Positions 19,964 to 29,800 of a DNA stretch of 64,000 nt are shown here, piece after piece. Each line of letters begins with the position of its first letter. The stretch's first letter is position 1. A program made the translations under genes and the position numbers. This DNA comes from an uncultured Alphaproteobacteria bacterium (GTDB taxonomy: Bacteria > Pseudomonadota > Alphaproteobacteria > Rhizobiales > Beijerinckiaceae), in NCBI GenBank assembly GCA_963829505.1, contig CAWHIL010000003.1, positions 1,297,184 through 1,361,183 of the forward strand, written 5' to 3'. The notes under the pieces were generated by a model. That model did no database searches. It saw only the letters and a program-made list of their open reading frames with translations, and was not told the DNA's origin.

Positions 19964-21556
19964 ATGGTCGACATCCTGACGCGCTGGCTCTTCGACGCAT
20001 CCGGCCTCACGCCGCATGGCTTCTGCCTCCTGTGGCAGCCCGGTCTCATCTGGACCTACGCGCTGTCGGACGCCGGCATCGGTCTCGCCTATTTTTCGAT
20101 TCCCGTCGCGCTCGCGGTGATCGCGCGCAAGCGCCAGGACCTCGTGTTCCGCCCTCTGCTTCTCCTGTTCGCCGCCTTCATCATGCTCTGCGGGGCGACG
20201 CACTGGCTCGACGTCGTGACGCTCTGGCTCCCGGCTTACGGCCTTCAGGCCGTCGTGAAGGCTCTCACGGCGGCGGTGTCGATCTTCACGGCGGTCGCTC
20301 TGTGGATGCTTCTGCCCGAGGCGATCAAGCTACCGTCCCCTTTGCAATTCCGCGAGACGAGCGCCGCCTTGCGCGAAACGGAGGAGCGGCTGCGGCAGTC
20401 GCAGAAGATGGAGATCGTCGGGCAACTGACAGGCGGCGTCGCGCACGACTTCAACAACATGCTCCAGGCGATCGGCGGCGGCCTGACCGTGCTCGAGCGG
20501 CGCATCGCCGACGGGCGGCTCGACGACATCGGACGGATCGGCAAGGAGATGCGCCGCGCCCTCAATAGCGCCGCGGGACTGACGGACAGGCTGCTCTCCT
20601 TCTCGCGCCGCCAGACGCTGCGGCCGACCCGCATCGAGCCCGACACATTCATCGCCGGCATGCGCGATTTCCTCCAGCGCACCGTCGGGCCCGAGACGCG
20701 GCTCGCCATGAGGCTCGGGGACGGCAAGTCGGACATCGTGGTCGACGCGCAGCAACTCGAGGCGATGCTGCTCAATCTGGCGCTCAACGCCCGCGACGCG
20801 ATGCCGAACGGCGGGCTGCTCACAATCGAGGTGTCCGACCGGGACGTCGAGCCGGGCGAGATGGCGGATCAGGAGCGGGTGAGCCCCGGAAGCTATGTGG
20901 AGATCAAGGTGGCCGACAGCGGGGTCGGCATGACGCCCGACGTTGTCGCACGCGCCTTCGAGCCTTTTTTCACCACCAAGCCGCATGGGGCCGGCACCGG
21001 CCTCGGCCTGTCGCAGGTCTACGGCTTCGTGCGGCAATCGGGCGGATTTTCGCGCATCGAAAGCCGGCCGGGCGCGGGCGCGAGCGTCATCGTCAGCCTG
21101 CCCGGGCGGCCCCGCGCGGAACGCGAGGAGGCGGCGCCGCCGCAAGCCGCGCCGGCCGAAGCCGATGCGGCGCCGGCGCGCGGCGTCGTGCTCGTGGTCG
21201 AGGACCAGGAGGAAGTGCGCGCGCAGATCGTCGAGGCGCTGGCCGAGGCCGGATGCGAGGTGATCGAGGCGACGGACGGCCTCGCCGCGCTCAACATCGT
21301 CGAGGCGCGGCGCACCCGGATCGACCTCCTGGTCAGCGACGTCGGGCTTCCCGGCCTCAACGGGCGCCAGCTCGCCGACGCCGCGCGCGAGGTCCGGCCA
21401 GGCCTGCCGATCCTGCTCGTCACCGGCTACGCCGCGCGTGCGCTCGACACGATCAAGCTCGCCGAGGGCATGGAAATCCTGCGCAAGCCCTTCGAGCTCG
21501 CGGAGCTTGTCGCGCGGGTCAAGGCGATGATGACGGCTCGGCCTGTCCCCGGATAA
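19964..21556 (+). CDS. Hybrid histidine kinase/response regulator with an ethylene-receptor-like membrane sensor
   Basis: SDAGIGLAYFSIP...FIMLCGATH...VKALTAAVS N-terminus; GGVAHDFNNML H-box; PFFTTK, GTGLGL; receiver with DLLVSDVGLPG. Confidence 0.9.
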   Translation: MVDILTRWLFDASGLTPHGFCLLWQPGLIWTYALSDAGIGLAYFSIPVALAVIARKRQDLVFRPLLLLFAAFIMLCGATHWLDVVTLWLPAYGLQAVVKALTAAVSIFTAVALWMLLPEAIKLPSPLQFRETSAALRETEERLRQSQKMEIVGQLTGGVAHDFNNMLQAIGGGLTVLERRIADGRLDDIGRIGKEMRRALNSAAGLTDRLLSFSRRQTLRPTRIEPDTFIAGMRDFLQRTVGPETRLAMRLGDGKSDIVVDAQQLEAMLLNLALNARDAMPNGGLLTIEVSDRDVEPGEMADQERVSPGSYVEIKVADSGVGMTPDVVARAFEPFFTTKPHGAGTGLGLSQVYGFVRQSGGFSRIESRPGAGASVIVSLPGRPRAEREEAAPPQAAPAEADAAPARGVVLVVEDQEEVRAQIVEALAEAGCEVIEATDGLAALNIVEARRTRIDLLVSDVGLPGLNGRQLADAAREVRPGLPILLVTGYAARALDTIKLAEGMEILRKPFELAELVARVKAMMTARPVPG

Positions 21557-21610
21557 GAAGGCGGCGACGCCCCGCGACAGCCGCGGACTGGGGCGTCCGT
21601 GGGGCCGTGC

Positions 21611-22213
21611 ATGCACATTTTGGCTGAGCGCCGGCGGCGCGATGGAGATCGTAATACGCTCGTGCGAGCGCTTGCGTACACCTGGGGATTGGCGGCGACC
21701 GCGTATATACCCATTTCACAATACATGCGAGAGTATTTCGACACGGATGAAAGGTATCGGTATCACGGGCACATTCGGACTTTCTCAGGAAACGTATATT
21801 TTTTCTCGACGCATACTTTCGCAAACGATACGTGGGCCGCACTCGCATTTTCTTTCGTTGCGATGGCCGCCATCACGACCCTGGACTACCTGCTGTTTTT
21901 ATTGCCGATCCCTGTCTTCATACTGACAAAGACAGGACGCGTTCGGAATGTGATCGGATTTTTGGCGACGTTGCTCGCAATACCTATGACATTATACCTA
22001 ATTGAAGCAGTCAATACAGGAAAGTCGGATCTGGATAGAGAGCCATTTAGTCCTTTTGAAGCGCTTTGGGCTCTAATTTCGATTTCGTCTCTGTTATTTT
22101 TAGTAGGTGAAACTTTCTACAGAGCGAGCGACAGGATCAAAAGATACCTACTCACGTCATCTTTCGTTGTGTTCGCCTGTCTCTTCATTCTGTACTGGAT
22201 CGCCAAGGGCTAA
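21611..22213 (+). CDS. AT-rich hypothetical integral membrane protein
   Basis: Open frame of ~200 aa with about five hydrophobic segments; codon usage visibly unlike the flanks. Confidence 0.6.
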   Translation: MHILAERRRRDGDRNTLVRALAYTWGLAATAYIPISQYMREYFDTDERYRYHGHIRTFSGNVYFFSTHTFANDTWAALAFSFVAMAAITTLDYLLFLLPIPVFILTKTGRVRNVIGFLATLLAIPMTLYLIEAVNTGKSDLDREPFSPFEALWALISISSLLFLVGETFYRASDRIKRYLLTSSFVVFACLFILYWIAKG

Positions 22214-22223
22214 CGACGCGGCG

Positions 22224-23582
22224 TTACTCCGCCGCGGCGGCGCCGAGGACGGGCGCCGGGCGCGGCCTGCCGATCGTCAGCGCCAGCGCGGCCGCTGCGA
22301 GGCAGGCGACGCCCGCGACATAAAGCGCCGGAAGGTAGGTCATGAGCTCGGTGCGGAAGGCGCCGGCCCCGAACGCGGCGGTCGCCGCGCCGAGCTGGTG
22401 GGCGGCGAAGATCCAGCCGAAGGTAAGGTTCGCCTTCTCCGCCCCGAAGCGCTGGACCGTCAGCCGCACGGTCGGGGGCACCGTCGCCACCCAGTCGAGC
22501 CCGTAGAAGACGGCGAAGGCCGAAAGCCCGATGACCGAGAAGTTGGTGAACGGAAGCGCGATCAGCGACAGGCCGCGCAGGCCGTAATAGACGAACAGCA
22601 GCCAGCGATTGTCGTAGCGGTCGGAGAGCCAGCCCGACATGATCGTGCCGACGAAGTCGAAGACGCCGATCGCCGCCAGCGCGCCAGCGGCCGCGACCGG
22701 GGCGACGCCGTAGTCGCCGCAGAGCGAGATCCAGTGCGTCTGGATGAGGCCGTTGGTCGAGAGGCCGCAGACGAAGAAGGTGGCGAACAGCACCCAGAAA
22801 GTGCGGCTGCCGCGCGCGTCGTAGAGGGCGCGCAACGGAGACATGAGCATCGCGCCGAAGGCATGGGCTTCGGCCGGCGGCGGCTCGACCGCGCGGGCGC
22901 CGTAGGGCGCAAGGCCGACGTCGTATGGGCGGTCGCGCAGAAGGAGGAGCGCGATCACGCCGGCCGCGAGCTGCATGACGATGACGAAGGCGAGCGCGCT
23001 TCTCCAGCCGTGGTCTTCGGTGAGCTTGGCGAGGAGCGGCAGGAAGACGAGCTGGCCGGTCGCGGTGCTCGCCGTCAGCATGCCGACGACGAGGCCGCGC
23101 CGATGTTGGAACCAGCGCGCGGCGACCGTGGCGCCGAGCACGAGGGCCACCATGCCGGTGCCGAGGCCGACGACGACGCCCCAGAGCGCGACGAGTTGCC
23201 AAAGCTCGGTCATGAAGGTCGAGGCGAGCACGCCGGCCGACACCATGGCGATCGCGGCGATGACGACCGCGCGGACGCCGAAGCGGTTGATGAGAGCCGC
23301 CGCGAACGGGGCGATCAGGCCATAGATCGCGAGACGGATGGCGAAGGCCGACGAGATGTCCGCCGCGCTCCAGCCGAACTCCTTCTGCAACGGGCCGATG
23401 AAGACGCCCGGCGCGCCCATGACGCCGGCGTTCGACAGCATGACGAGAAAGGTCGAGCCGACGACCGCCCAGCCGTAGAAGATTTTGCGCGCGCCGAGCG
23501 CCGTCGCGAGGCGGTTCGAGAGCGACAGCGGCGCGGGCCGCGCGGCCGGGACGGACCCTGCTCCGATGATGGACTCCGTCAT
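22224..23582 (-). CDS. MFS transporter
   Basis: 12-TM pattern, ALINRFGVR and GWLSDRYDNR MFS motif-A repeats. Confidence 0.92.
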   Translation of the reverse strand: MTESIIGAGSVPAARPAPLSLSNRLATALGARKIFYGWAVVGSTFLVMLSNAGVMGAPGVFIGPLQKEFGWSAADISSAFAIRLAIYGLIAPFAAALINRFGVRAVVIAAIAMVSAGVLASTFMTELWQLVALWGVVVGLGTGMVALVLGATVAARWFQHRRGLVVGMLTASTATGQLVFLPLLAKLTEDHGWRSALAFVIVMQLAAGVIALLLLRDRPYDVGLAPYGARAVEPPPAEAHAFGAMLMSPLRALYDARGSRTFWVLFATFFVCGLSTNGLIQTHWISLCGDYGVAPVAAAGALAAIGVFDFVGTIMSGWLSDRYDNRWLLFVYYGLRGLSLIALPFTNFSVIGLSAFAVFYGLDWVATVPPTVRLTVQRFGAEKANLTFGWIFAAHQLGAATAAFGAGAFRTELMTYLPALYVAGVACLAAAALALTIGRPRPAPVLGAAAAE

Positions 23583-23622
23583 GGCGTTCTCCGTCTTAAA
23601 TTCAAACAAGTCGGAAGGGCGC

Positions 23623-23727
23623 CCCCTCGCCCCGCCCTGGCGGGGAGAGGGGCTTGGCGATTGGCCGCAGCGGCTCGTCCCCAAGGCCCCTCATCCTGAC
23701 CTTCTCCCCGTGAACGGGGAGAAGGGA
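23623..23727. repeat. Intergenic double-hairpin palindromic repeat (family B)
   Basis: CCCCTCGCCCCGCCCTGGCGGGGAGAGGGG...CCCTCATCCTGACCTTCTCCCCGTGAACGGGGAGAAGGG. Confidence 0.8.
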
Positions 23728-23750
23728 CGCTGTCGGCGCGTCGACAAAAC

Positions 23751-24149
23751 TCAAAGGCTGAGCGCCAGGGCGCGGAGCGCTTCCGCGCCCTTCGCGCCGA
23801 GCGCCGCCTCGACCCGGCGCTGCGCCTGGTCCCATAGAGGCGCGCCGCGCGCGATCGCCGCGCGGCCCTCCCCCGTCAGCGCGACCGTCGTCTCGCGCTG
23901 GTCATTGCCCTCCGTCTCCGCGACGAGCCCCATGCGTTCGAGCACCTTGACGTTGCGCCCGACCGTCGAGCGGTCGAGTTCGGCGACGCGCCCGAGTTCG
24001 GTCAGCGAGACGGCGCCCTTCCGCTCGATCCGCCGCATCAGGCTGAACTGGGCGACGCCGATCCCGACCGGCGCGAGGACCGCGTCATAGAGCGCCGTCG
24101 TCTTGCGGGTCGCGGCGCGAAGGGCCGCGCAATAGCAGAGGGTCGGCAT
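23751..24149 (-). CDS. MarR-family transcriptional regulator
   Basis: CYCAALRAATRKTTALYD...AQFSLM...LDRSTVGRNVKVLERMGLV...LTGEG. Confidence 0.92.
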   Translation of the reverse strand: MPTLCYCAALRAATRKTTALYDAVLAPVGIGVAQFSLMRRIERKGAVSLTELGRVAELDRSTVGRNVKVLERMGLVAETEGNDQRETTVALTGEGRAAIARGAPLWDQAQRRVEAALGAKGAEALRALALSL

Positions 24150-24306
24150 AACGCGGGTATATACCCGTAATCGCGGCGGCGCACAAGGGCCTCTCCCCCT
24201 CGCGCAAACCATCGCTTAGCCAAAAGTCAGCCTCTTATTTCCGAAAACGCGGTTGTGGATTAGTTGACGGCGTTATAAAACAATGGGAGGCTGTGGGACC
24301 CCGACG

Positions 24307-26618
24307 ATGTGCAAGAACGCGCTCGCGTTGATGACATCCGTATCGCTTGTCTTCGGCGCCGCGCCGGCGGCGTTCGCCCAGGTTTCTTGCTCGGACGCGC
24401 TTGCGCAGGTGCGGGCGCTGCGGAGCGAGGGGGCCGCCCCTGCCGCGATCCGTCAGATGAAGCAGATCGCGCGTTACGCCTGCGACCCGCAGGCCCAGGC
24501 GCAGTTGGCCCTGCAGCAGCAAATGCAACAGGACGCCGAGAACCAGGCGGCCATGCAGGCGTTCGCCGGCCTGGCGGTCGGCATCATGGGCGGCCTCGCC
24601 CAGAGCGGCGCTTTTTCCGCGTCGACCTCCAATTACGTGGCCCCGCGAATGACGACGAACTTCGCGCCGCGGTTCGTGCCGAACGTTGCGCCGAGATTTC
24701 GCGCCGAACGTTGCGCAGCAAGGCATGCCGATCCGACCCCCGACGTTTGCGCCGAGGTTGGCCGCCTCGCCCACCGGCGCATTCGCCGCGCCCCGGATGC
24801 CGGCCTCCGCCCTGCCGGGCCATCCGATGCCCGCCGGCGCGCCAGTTGCGGGCTTGCGGCCGACGCCGGCGACCGGGTCTCAGGCGGGCTTGCAACGTCT
24901 GCCGGCGAATGCGCCTGGCGCACATTTTGCCGAACCGGGATCGCGCCCAGCGGTCGAATCGGTGGTCGCCGAACGACGAGCGGCGCTTGGCGGGCCGCCG
25001 GAGGAAGGCGCGACGCCCCGGTACCTTGCGGGGTCACGCGTGACCCCGGACATGGCGCCGGCGGCGGCCGTTGCGCCCAAAACTCTCGCGGGCGGCGGCG
25101 CCGCGCCGACAAACGTGGGGTCTCGCGCGCAGCCGGCATGGGCGGTTGCGACGGCGCCGGCCGCGACGCCTGCGGTCGCGGCGGCGCCTGCGGCCTTGAC
25201 AACGGCTGCCCCCACCGCGACGCCTGCGACCGCCGCCGCCCCATCGCCGTCGAGCGGCGGTTCGGCGTCGGCTTCGGTGTCGGGGTCGAATTCAGCAACT
25301 CTCCTCGCTGCTGAACAATACGAACGCCGACGCGCGTTCGCGTCAGTTCGCCAGCGCGGCGTTGAACCAGCCGGTTCCGAGCGCATCGAGCGCAGCCAGT
25401 TCCGGCGTGGCGCAATCGAGCCAGCAGACCACCGTCAGCACGAACGCGCTGATTGCGGCGACGTACAAGCCAGCCGGCGCGCACTACGGCTGCTCGGGGC
25501 TGATGACGGCGATGGACGAAATCCGGGACGCGAACCCGTCGGGATACAATTCCAGTATCCCGCTGTACAACAGCCTTTGCGGAGGCGCCGGCGGGTCCGC
25601 AAGCGGCGGCGTCTCGGCTCTCCTGACGCAAGTCGCGAATGCGACGCCGCTCACAGGCAATTCGCTATCGTCCCTGTCGACGCTTCAGACTTCGACCGCC
25701 GCGGCGACGGTCCCGACGCTTTCGAACGGCGATCCCGCGACGGACCTACTCAGCGCCATCCTGGCCGCACCGTCCGCGGCGCCAGCGAACGCCGATGTGG
25801 CGGGGTGGGAGTCCCTGCTCGGGACTTCCAGCGGATCGCCGACGACCGGCGCGCAGGGCTCAAATTCTTCGCAGCTCCTGGCAGCGCTCGCGGGCGGAGG
25901 AACCGCGGCCGCGTCGACTGGCGCCGTTGTGTCCGCGCAAGCGCCGGCCAACATCACGGTGCAACCCGGATCGCAATCCGTCCAGGATTCCAACACCGTC
26001 CAACTCAATGCCGACGTGAAGACGAGTATTGCGTCGCTGACGCCGCCGTCGGCGTCGGCGTCGCAGACGCAGGCATCGGCGCCGGCAGGTTGGGGCCCCA
26101 TGGGCGTCAACACTTTCACGGCTTCGCAGCCAACGGCGAATTCGGGCGCACAGTCAACGCAGGCGAGCGTTGCAGCCGGATCGACGCTTGCAAAGCCTCC
26201 AATCGTCATCCTCGAGGATACGGCAACTGCCGCGCTTGGCGGAGCGGCGAGCGCAATCTCGCCCGGCGGCGCCGTCAATGTGCTCGGTGACGTCAATGAC
26301 GCCGCAAGCGTCTATTCAGGTTTTCGAAGCGGCGGGACCTTCGGGGCGCTCGACGCGGGAGCCGAAGCGGTCTTCGCCCGGGGCGCCACGGCGGCGGGAC
26401 TGGAAATGGGCGCGTCGGCTGCAATGACGGGCGCGGGAGCAACAGGCATCGCAACAATGACGACGGCGATCGGGGGAGCGGCGATAGGAGGAGGATTGGC
26501 GGCTGGAGTGGCCGTGGGTTCGTTTGAATTCTCCAATGCCTTTATCGCTCCATACGTCGCTCCGCAGTTGGGAACGTTGATGTTCAATGCGGCCCCGTCT
26601 CTCTTCACGCCGCCCTGA
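24307..26618 (+). CDS. Large secreted Ala/Pro/Ser/Thr-rich hypothetical protein (reconstructed across 1-bp insertions at ~24698 and ~25291)
   Basis: Signal peptide in ORF 24283; low-complexity linker in ORF 24686; C-terminal domain in ORF 25362. Removing one T at each junction gives continuous sensible sequence (APRFAPNVAQ; SGSNQQLSSLLNN). Confidence 0.6.
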
Positions 26619-26659
26619 AGCCGCGACGAGCGTGGTTCGGCATTCCATGCCGTCGGTCG

Positions 26660-26777
26660 AGACGCGCATCGGGATGGGCGCGCGTCTCGAAGCACGCTTC
26701 CTCGTGCGCAGGGAACGGCGTCGCGTCCTGGAGCAACCTTCGAGACGCCCTGCTTCGCAGGGCTCCTCAGGACGAGG
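26660..26777. repeat. Intergenic inverted-repeat element (family A), left arm degenerate
   Basis: CGCGTCTCGAAG...CCTTCGAGACGCC...GGCTCCTCAGGACGAGG. Confidence 0.75.
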
Positions 26778-26893
26778 GTCGCGTGTGGCGCCTCGCCGCC
26801 GGCGAGGCTGCTCAGCACGTGGGGGCGCTTGGGAGCTACTCGACTTCGTGTCCGGAAAGTCGGACGCGGTTCAACAAGGAGGATGGGGGCGCG

Positions 26894-27370
26894 ATGAAGA
26901 GTGTTTCTTTCGGCATGATGGCGGCGACCGTGTCCGCGCTCGCCTTGTGCCTCACAGCCTGCTCGCAGACGGCTGGCCAGAACCAGACGCAGGACGCGGT
27001 TCTCGGGGCGGTGGCGGGCGGGCTTCTCGGCGGCGCGATCGGAGGCGCTGCGGGCAACCAGGTCGTCGGGGCCCTGGCCGGCGCCGCGATCGGCGGCATC
27101 GTCGGCGCAGGCATCGGGAACTACCTCGACGAGCAGGACCGCGCCCAACTGGCGGATATGACCGAGGCCACGGCGCAGACAGGAACGGTCGGCCACTACT
27201 ACAACCCTAAGACCAAGGTGCGCCTGACGACCCGTCCCGCCGCTGCAGCGACGGCGTCGGCAACCTCGAACTGCAAGGACGTCGATCAGGAATTGACGCT
27301 CGCCGACGGCACGACAAAGAAGGGCAGCGTTCGCGCGTGCCGCACCGGCAACGAGTGGACCTACTCCTGA
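26894..27370 (+). CDS. Glycine-zipper lipoprotein (17-kDa surface antigen/RT0821-like)
   Basis: Lipobox LTAC, GAVAGGLLGGAIG...GALAGAAIGGIVGAGIGNYLD, C-terminal NCK...RACRTGNEW. Confidence 0.85.
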   Translation: MKSVSFGMMAATVSALALCLTACSQTAGQNQTQDAVLGAVAGGLLGGAIGGAAGNQVVGALAGAAIGGIVGAGIGNYLDEQDRAQLADMTEATAQTGTVGHYYNPKTKVRLTTRPAAAATASATSNCKDVDQELTLADGTTKKGSVRACRTGNEWTYS

Positions 27371-27372
27371 CA

Positions 27373-28234
27373 GTGCGGTCTTCGAGCGTCGCGCGCCGCC
27401 TTGCTCTCCTGTTCGTCCTGCAAGGCCTGGCCTGCGGCGTTGCGCAAGCTCAGGCGCCGGTCGTTCACGACAAGGCGGGCAGACTGCGAGCGACCGTCGT
27501 TCCGGCGACGAACTGGTGCCTGCCCGTCGTCAGTCTCAACGTCGTCGCGGGCAAGGACGTCTTTGAAAAGTCCGCGGAGGACGTCCAGAAACTCATCGGC
27601 GTCGCGCGCTACGCGATCACCGAGAACTGCCCCGAAGCTCAGATCGTGCGCGTCCGTGGCTTCGTCGGCGACACAGGAGTTCTTTCAGGCCTACACCGGA
27701 AGGGCGATCGACTGGCGCATTCAGGTCTTCGCCTCGGTCGGCGGCATTCTGTCGGTCCTCGATGTGAAGCTGCCTCCCGACGAATATGCAAGAAGGCTCG
27801 CCGAGTTCGAAACGCGGACCCAATTCGCGCGCGCCAGACTTCCGGGCGTGACGATCGCCTCCGCGGGCGCGGACGCGGCGAACGGCCGGGTCGGCTGGAC
27901 GATCGATAACGTCGCGGGCAGCACCTACGTGCTCACAGAGCGGTCGAAAAGTTTCACCACTCTGTCCTCAGTCGCAGACATGGTCGCCCATGCACGCGCC
28001 GAAGGCTGCGCAAACCAGGAGAAGGGTTCCGTCGAGAATGCCATCGACGGCGACATCGCTCCCAACATCCAGACACGCTCGTTCGCATGTTCGGTCGAGG
28101 GAAAGACAAACACGATCGGCATCGTCGCTGACGAGGTGGACGACGTCGCGACGGTTTTTGAGTTCGGCTCAGCGTCCGAATCCGCAGCCCGCGCTCTGAC
28201 GGGATATCTTTCCGACAAGGCGATCGTCTACTGA
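27373..28234 (+). CDS. Secreted hypothetical protein (1-bp insertion at ~27673)
   Basis: GTG start, signal peptide, four Cys; N-half in ORF 27337, C-half in ORF 27401. Confidence 0.55.
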
Positions 28235-28270
28235 CGGTGACGGCGGGCGTCGAAAACCCGCCCGGCCCGC

Positions 28271-29680
28271 TCAGTAAAGCCCGGTGAATTCGTAGAAGCC
28301 GATGACGACGAACACCGCGGCCGTCTTCAGGACGGTGACGGCGAAGATGTCCTTGTAGGACTCGCGGTGGGTGAGGCCGGTGACGGCGAGCAGCGTGATG
28401 ACGGCGCCGTTGTGCGGCAGCGTGTCCATGCCGCCCGACGCCATCGCGGCGACCCGGTGCAGCGCTTCCATCGGAATGCCGACGGCGTTGGCGGCCTCGA
28501 TGAAGTCCTTCGACATCGCAGCGAGCGCAATCGACATGCCGCCCGAGGCCGAGCCGGTGATGCCGGCGAGCGAAGTGACGGTGACCGCCTCGCGCACGAG
28601 GACGTTCGGGATGCCGCCGAGCGCGTCGCGAATGGCGAGGAAGCCGGGCAGCGACGCGATGACGCCGCCGAAGCCATATTCGGTCGCCGTGTTCATCGCC
28701 GCCAGCAGCGCGCCCGCGACCGCGAGCTTGCTGCCGTCCGCAAACGTCCGCGACACGGGGCGCCAGGCGAGCAGGAAGACGAGGACGATGCCCGTCAGCA
28801 GCGCGCCCTCGACCGCCCAGACGGCGCGGATCGGCGGGACCGGCGTCGCGATCGCATGGTCCATGGCGAGTTTCAGGTCGTAATTCGCGCCATAGGTCCA
28901 GTCGATCAGGCCGGTGAACACGCCGGGAAAGCCGCCGAGCAGGATGTTGAGGCCGAAGACGACGATAAGCGGCAGAAAGGCGATGAAGGGCGAGGGCAGA
29001 TGGGTCGTGTCGATCGGCTGCGGCTCGTTGATGTGGCCTTCGCCGTAGCCTTCGCCTCGCGCGCGGGCGCGCCGCTTCTGCCATTCGAGATAGGTCATCC
29101 CGCAAACGAGGATGAAGATCGCGCCGACGATGCCGAGGATCGGCGCGGCGCCGGTCGTCGTCTTGAAATAGGTGGTCGGGATGATGTTCTGGATCTGCGG
29201 CGTGAAGGGCAGCGAGTCCATGGTGAAGGAGAAGGCGCCGAGCGCGATCGTGCCCGGAATGAGCCGCTTCGGAATGTCGCCGGCGCGGAAGAGTTCGCTG
29301 GCGAAGGGGTAGGCTGCGAAGACGACGACGAACAGCGACACGCCGCCGTAGGTCAGGACCGCGCAGACGAGCACGATCGCGAGCATCGCCTGGTCCTTGC
29401 CGACGGCGCGGATGATGGTGGCGACGATCGACTTGGCGAAGCCGGAAAGCTCGATCACCTTGCCGAAGACGGCGCCGAGCAGAAAGACCGGGAAGTAGAG
29501 CTGCGCGAAGCCGACCATCTTCACCATGAAGAGGTTGGTGAAGGCGGCGGGCACCGCATGCGGGTCGGTCAGGAAGACCGCGCCCATGGCGGCGATCGGC
29601 GCGAACAGGATGACGCTGAAGCCGCGATAGGCGACGAACATCAGGAAACAGAGCGCCGCCAGCGCAATCAGAAGATCCAT
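28271..29680 (-). CDS. GntP-family permease
   Basis: MDLLIALAAL start, LTYGGVSLFVVVF, TSLAGITGSASGG, LPHNGAVITLL. Confidence 0.88.
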   Translation of the reverse strand: MDLLIALAALCFLMFVAYRGFSVILFAPIAAMGAVFLTDPHAVPAAFTNLFMVKMVGFAQLYFPVFLLGAVFGKVIELSGFAKSIVATIIRAVGKDQAMLAIVLVCAVLTYGGVSLFVVVFAAYPFASELFRAGDIPKRLIPGTIALGAFSFTMDSLPFTPQIQNIIPTTYFKTTTGAAPILGIVGAIFILVCGMTYLEWQKRRARARGEGYGEGHINEPQPIDTTHLPSPFIAFLPLIVVFGLNILLGGFPGVFTGLIDWTYGANYDLKLAMDHAIATPVPPIRAVWAVEGALLTGIVLVFLLAWRPVSRTFADGSKLAVAGALLAAMNTATEYGFGGVIASLPGFLAIRDALGGIPNVLVREAVTVTSLAGITGSASGGMSIALAAMSKDFIEAANAVGIPMEALHRVAAMASGGMDTLPHNGAVITLLAVTGLTHRESYKDIFAVTVLKTAAVFVVIGFYEFTGLY

Positions 29681-29800
29681 GGCACGCCCTCCCGGCGCAT
29701 TCTTGCTTTGAGCGGATCGACCGTTACGCGCGGGGAGACCTGGCGGACAAGCGAGACAAGTGTCGCACGCGACGCTTCGCGCCGCGGCGGATCGCCGCAT

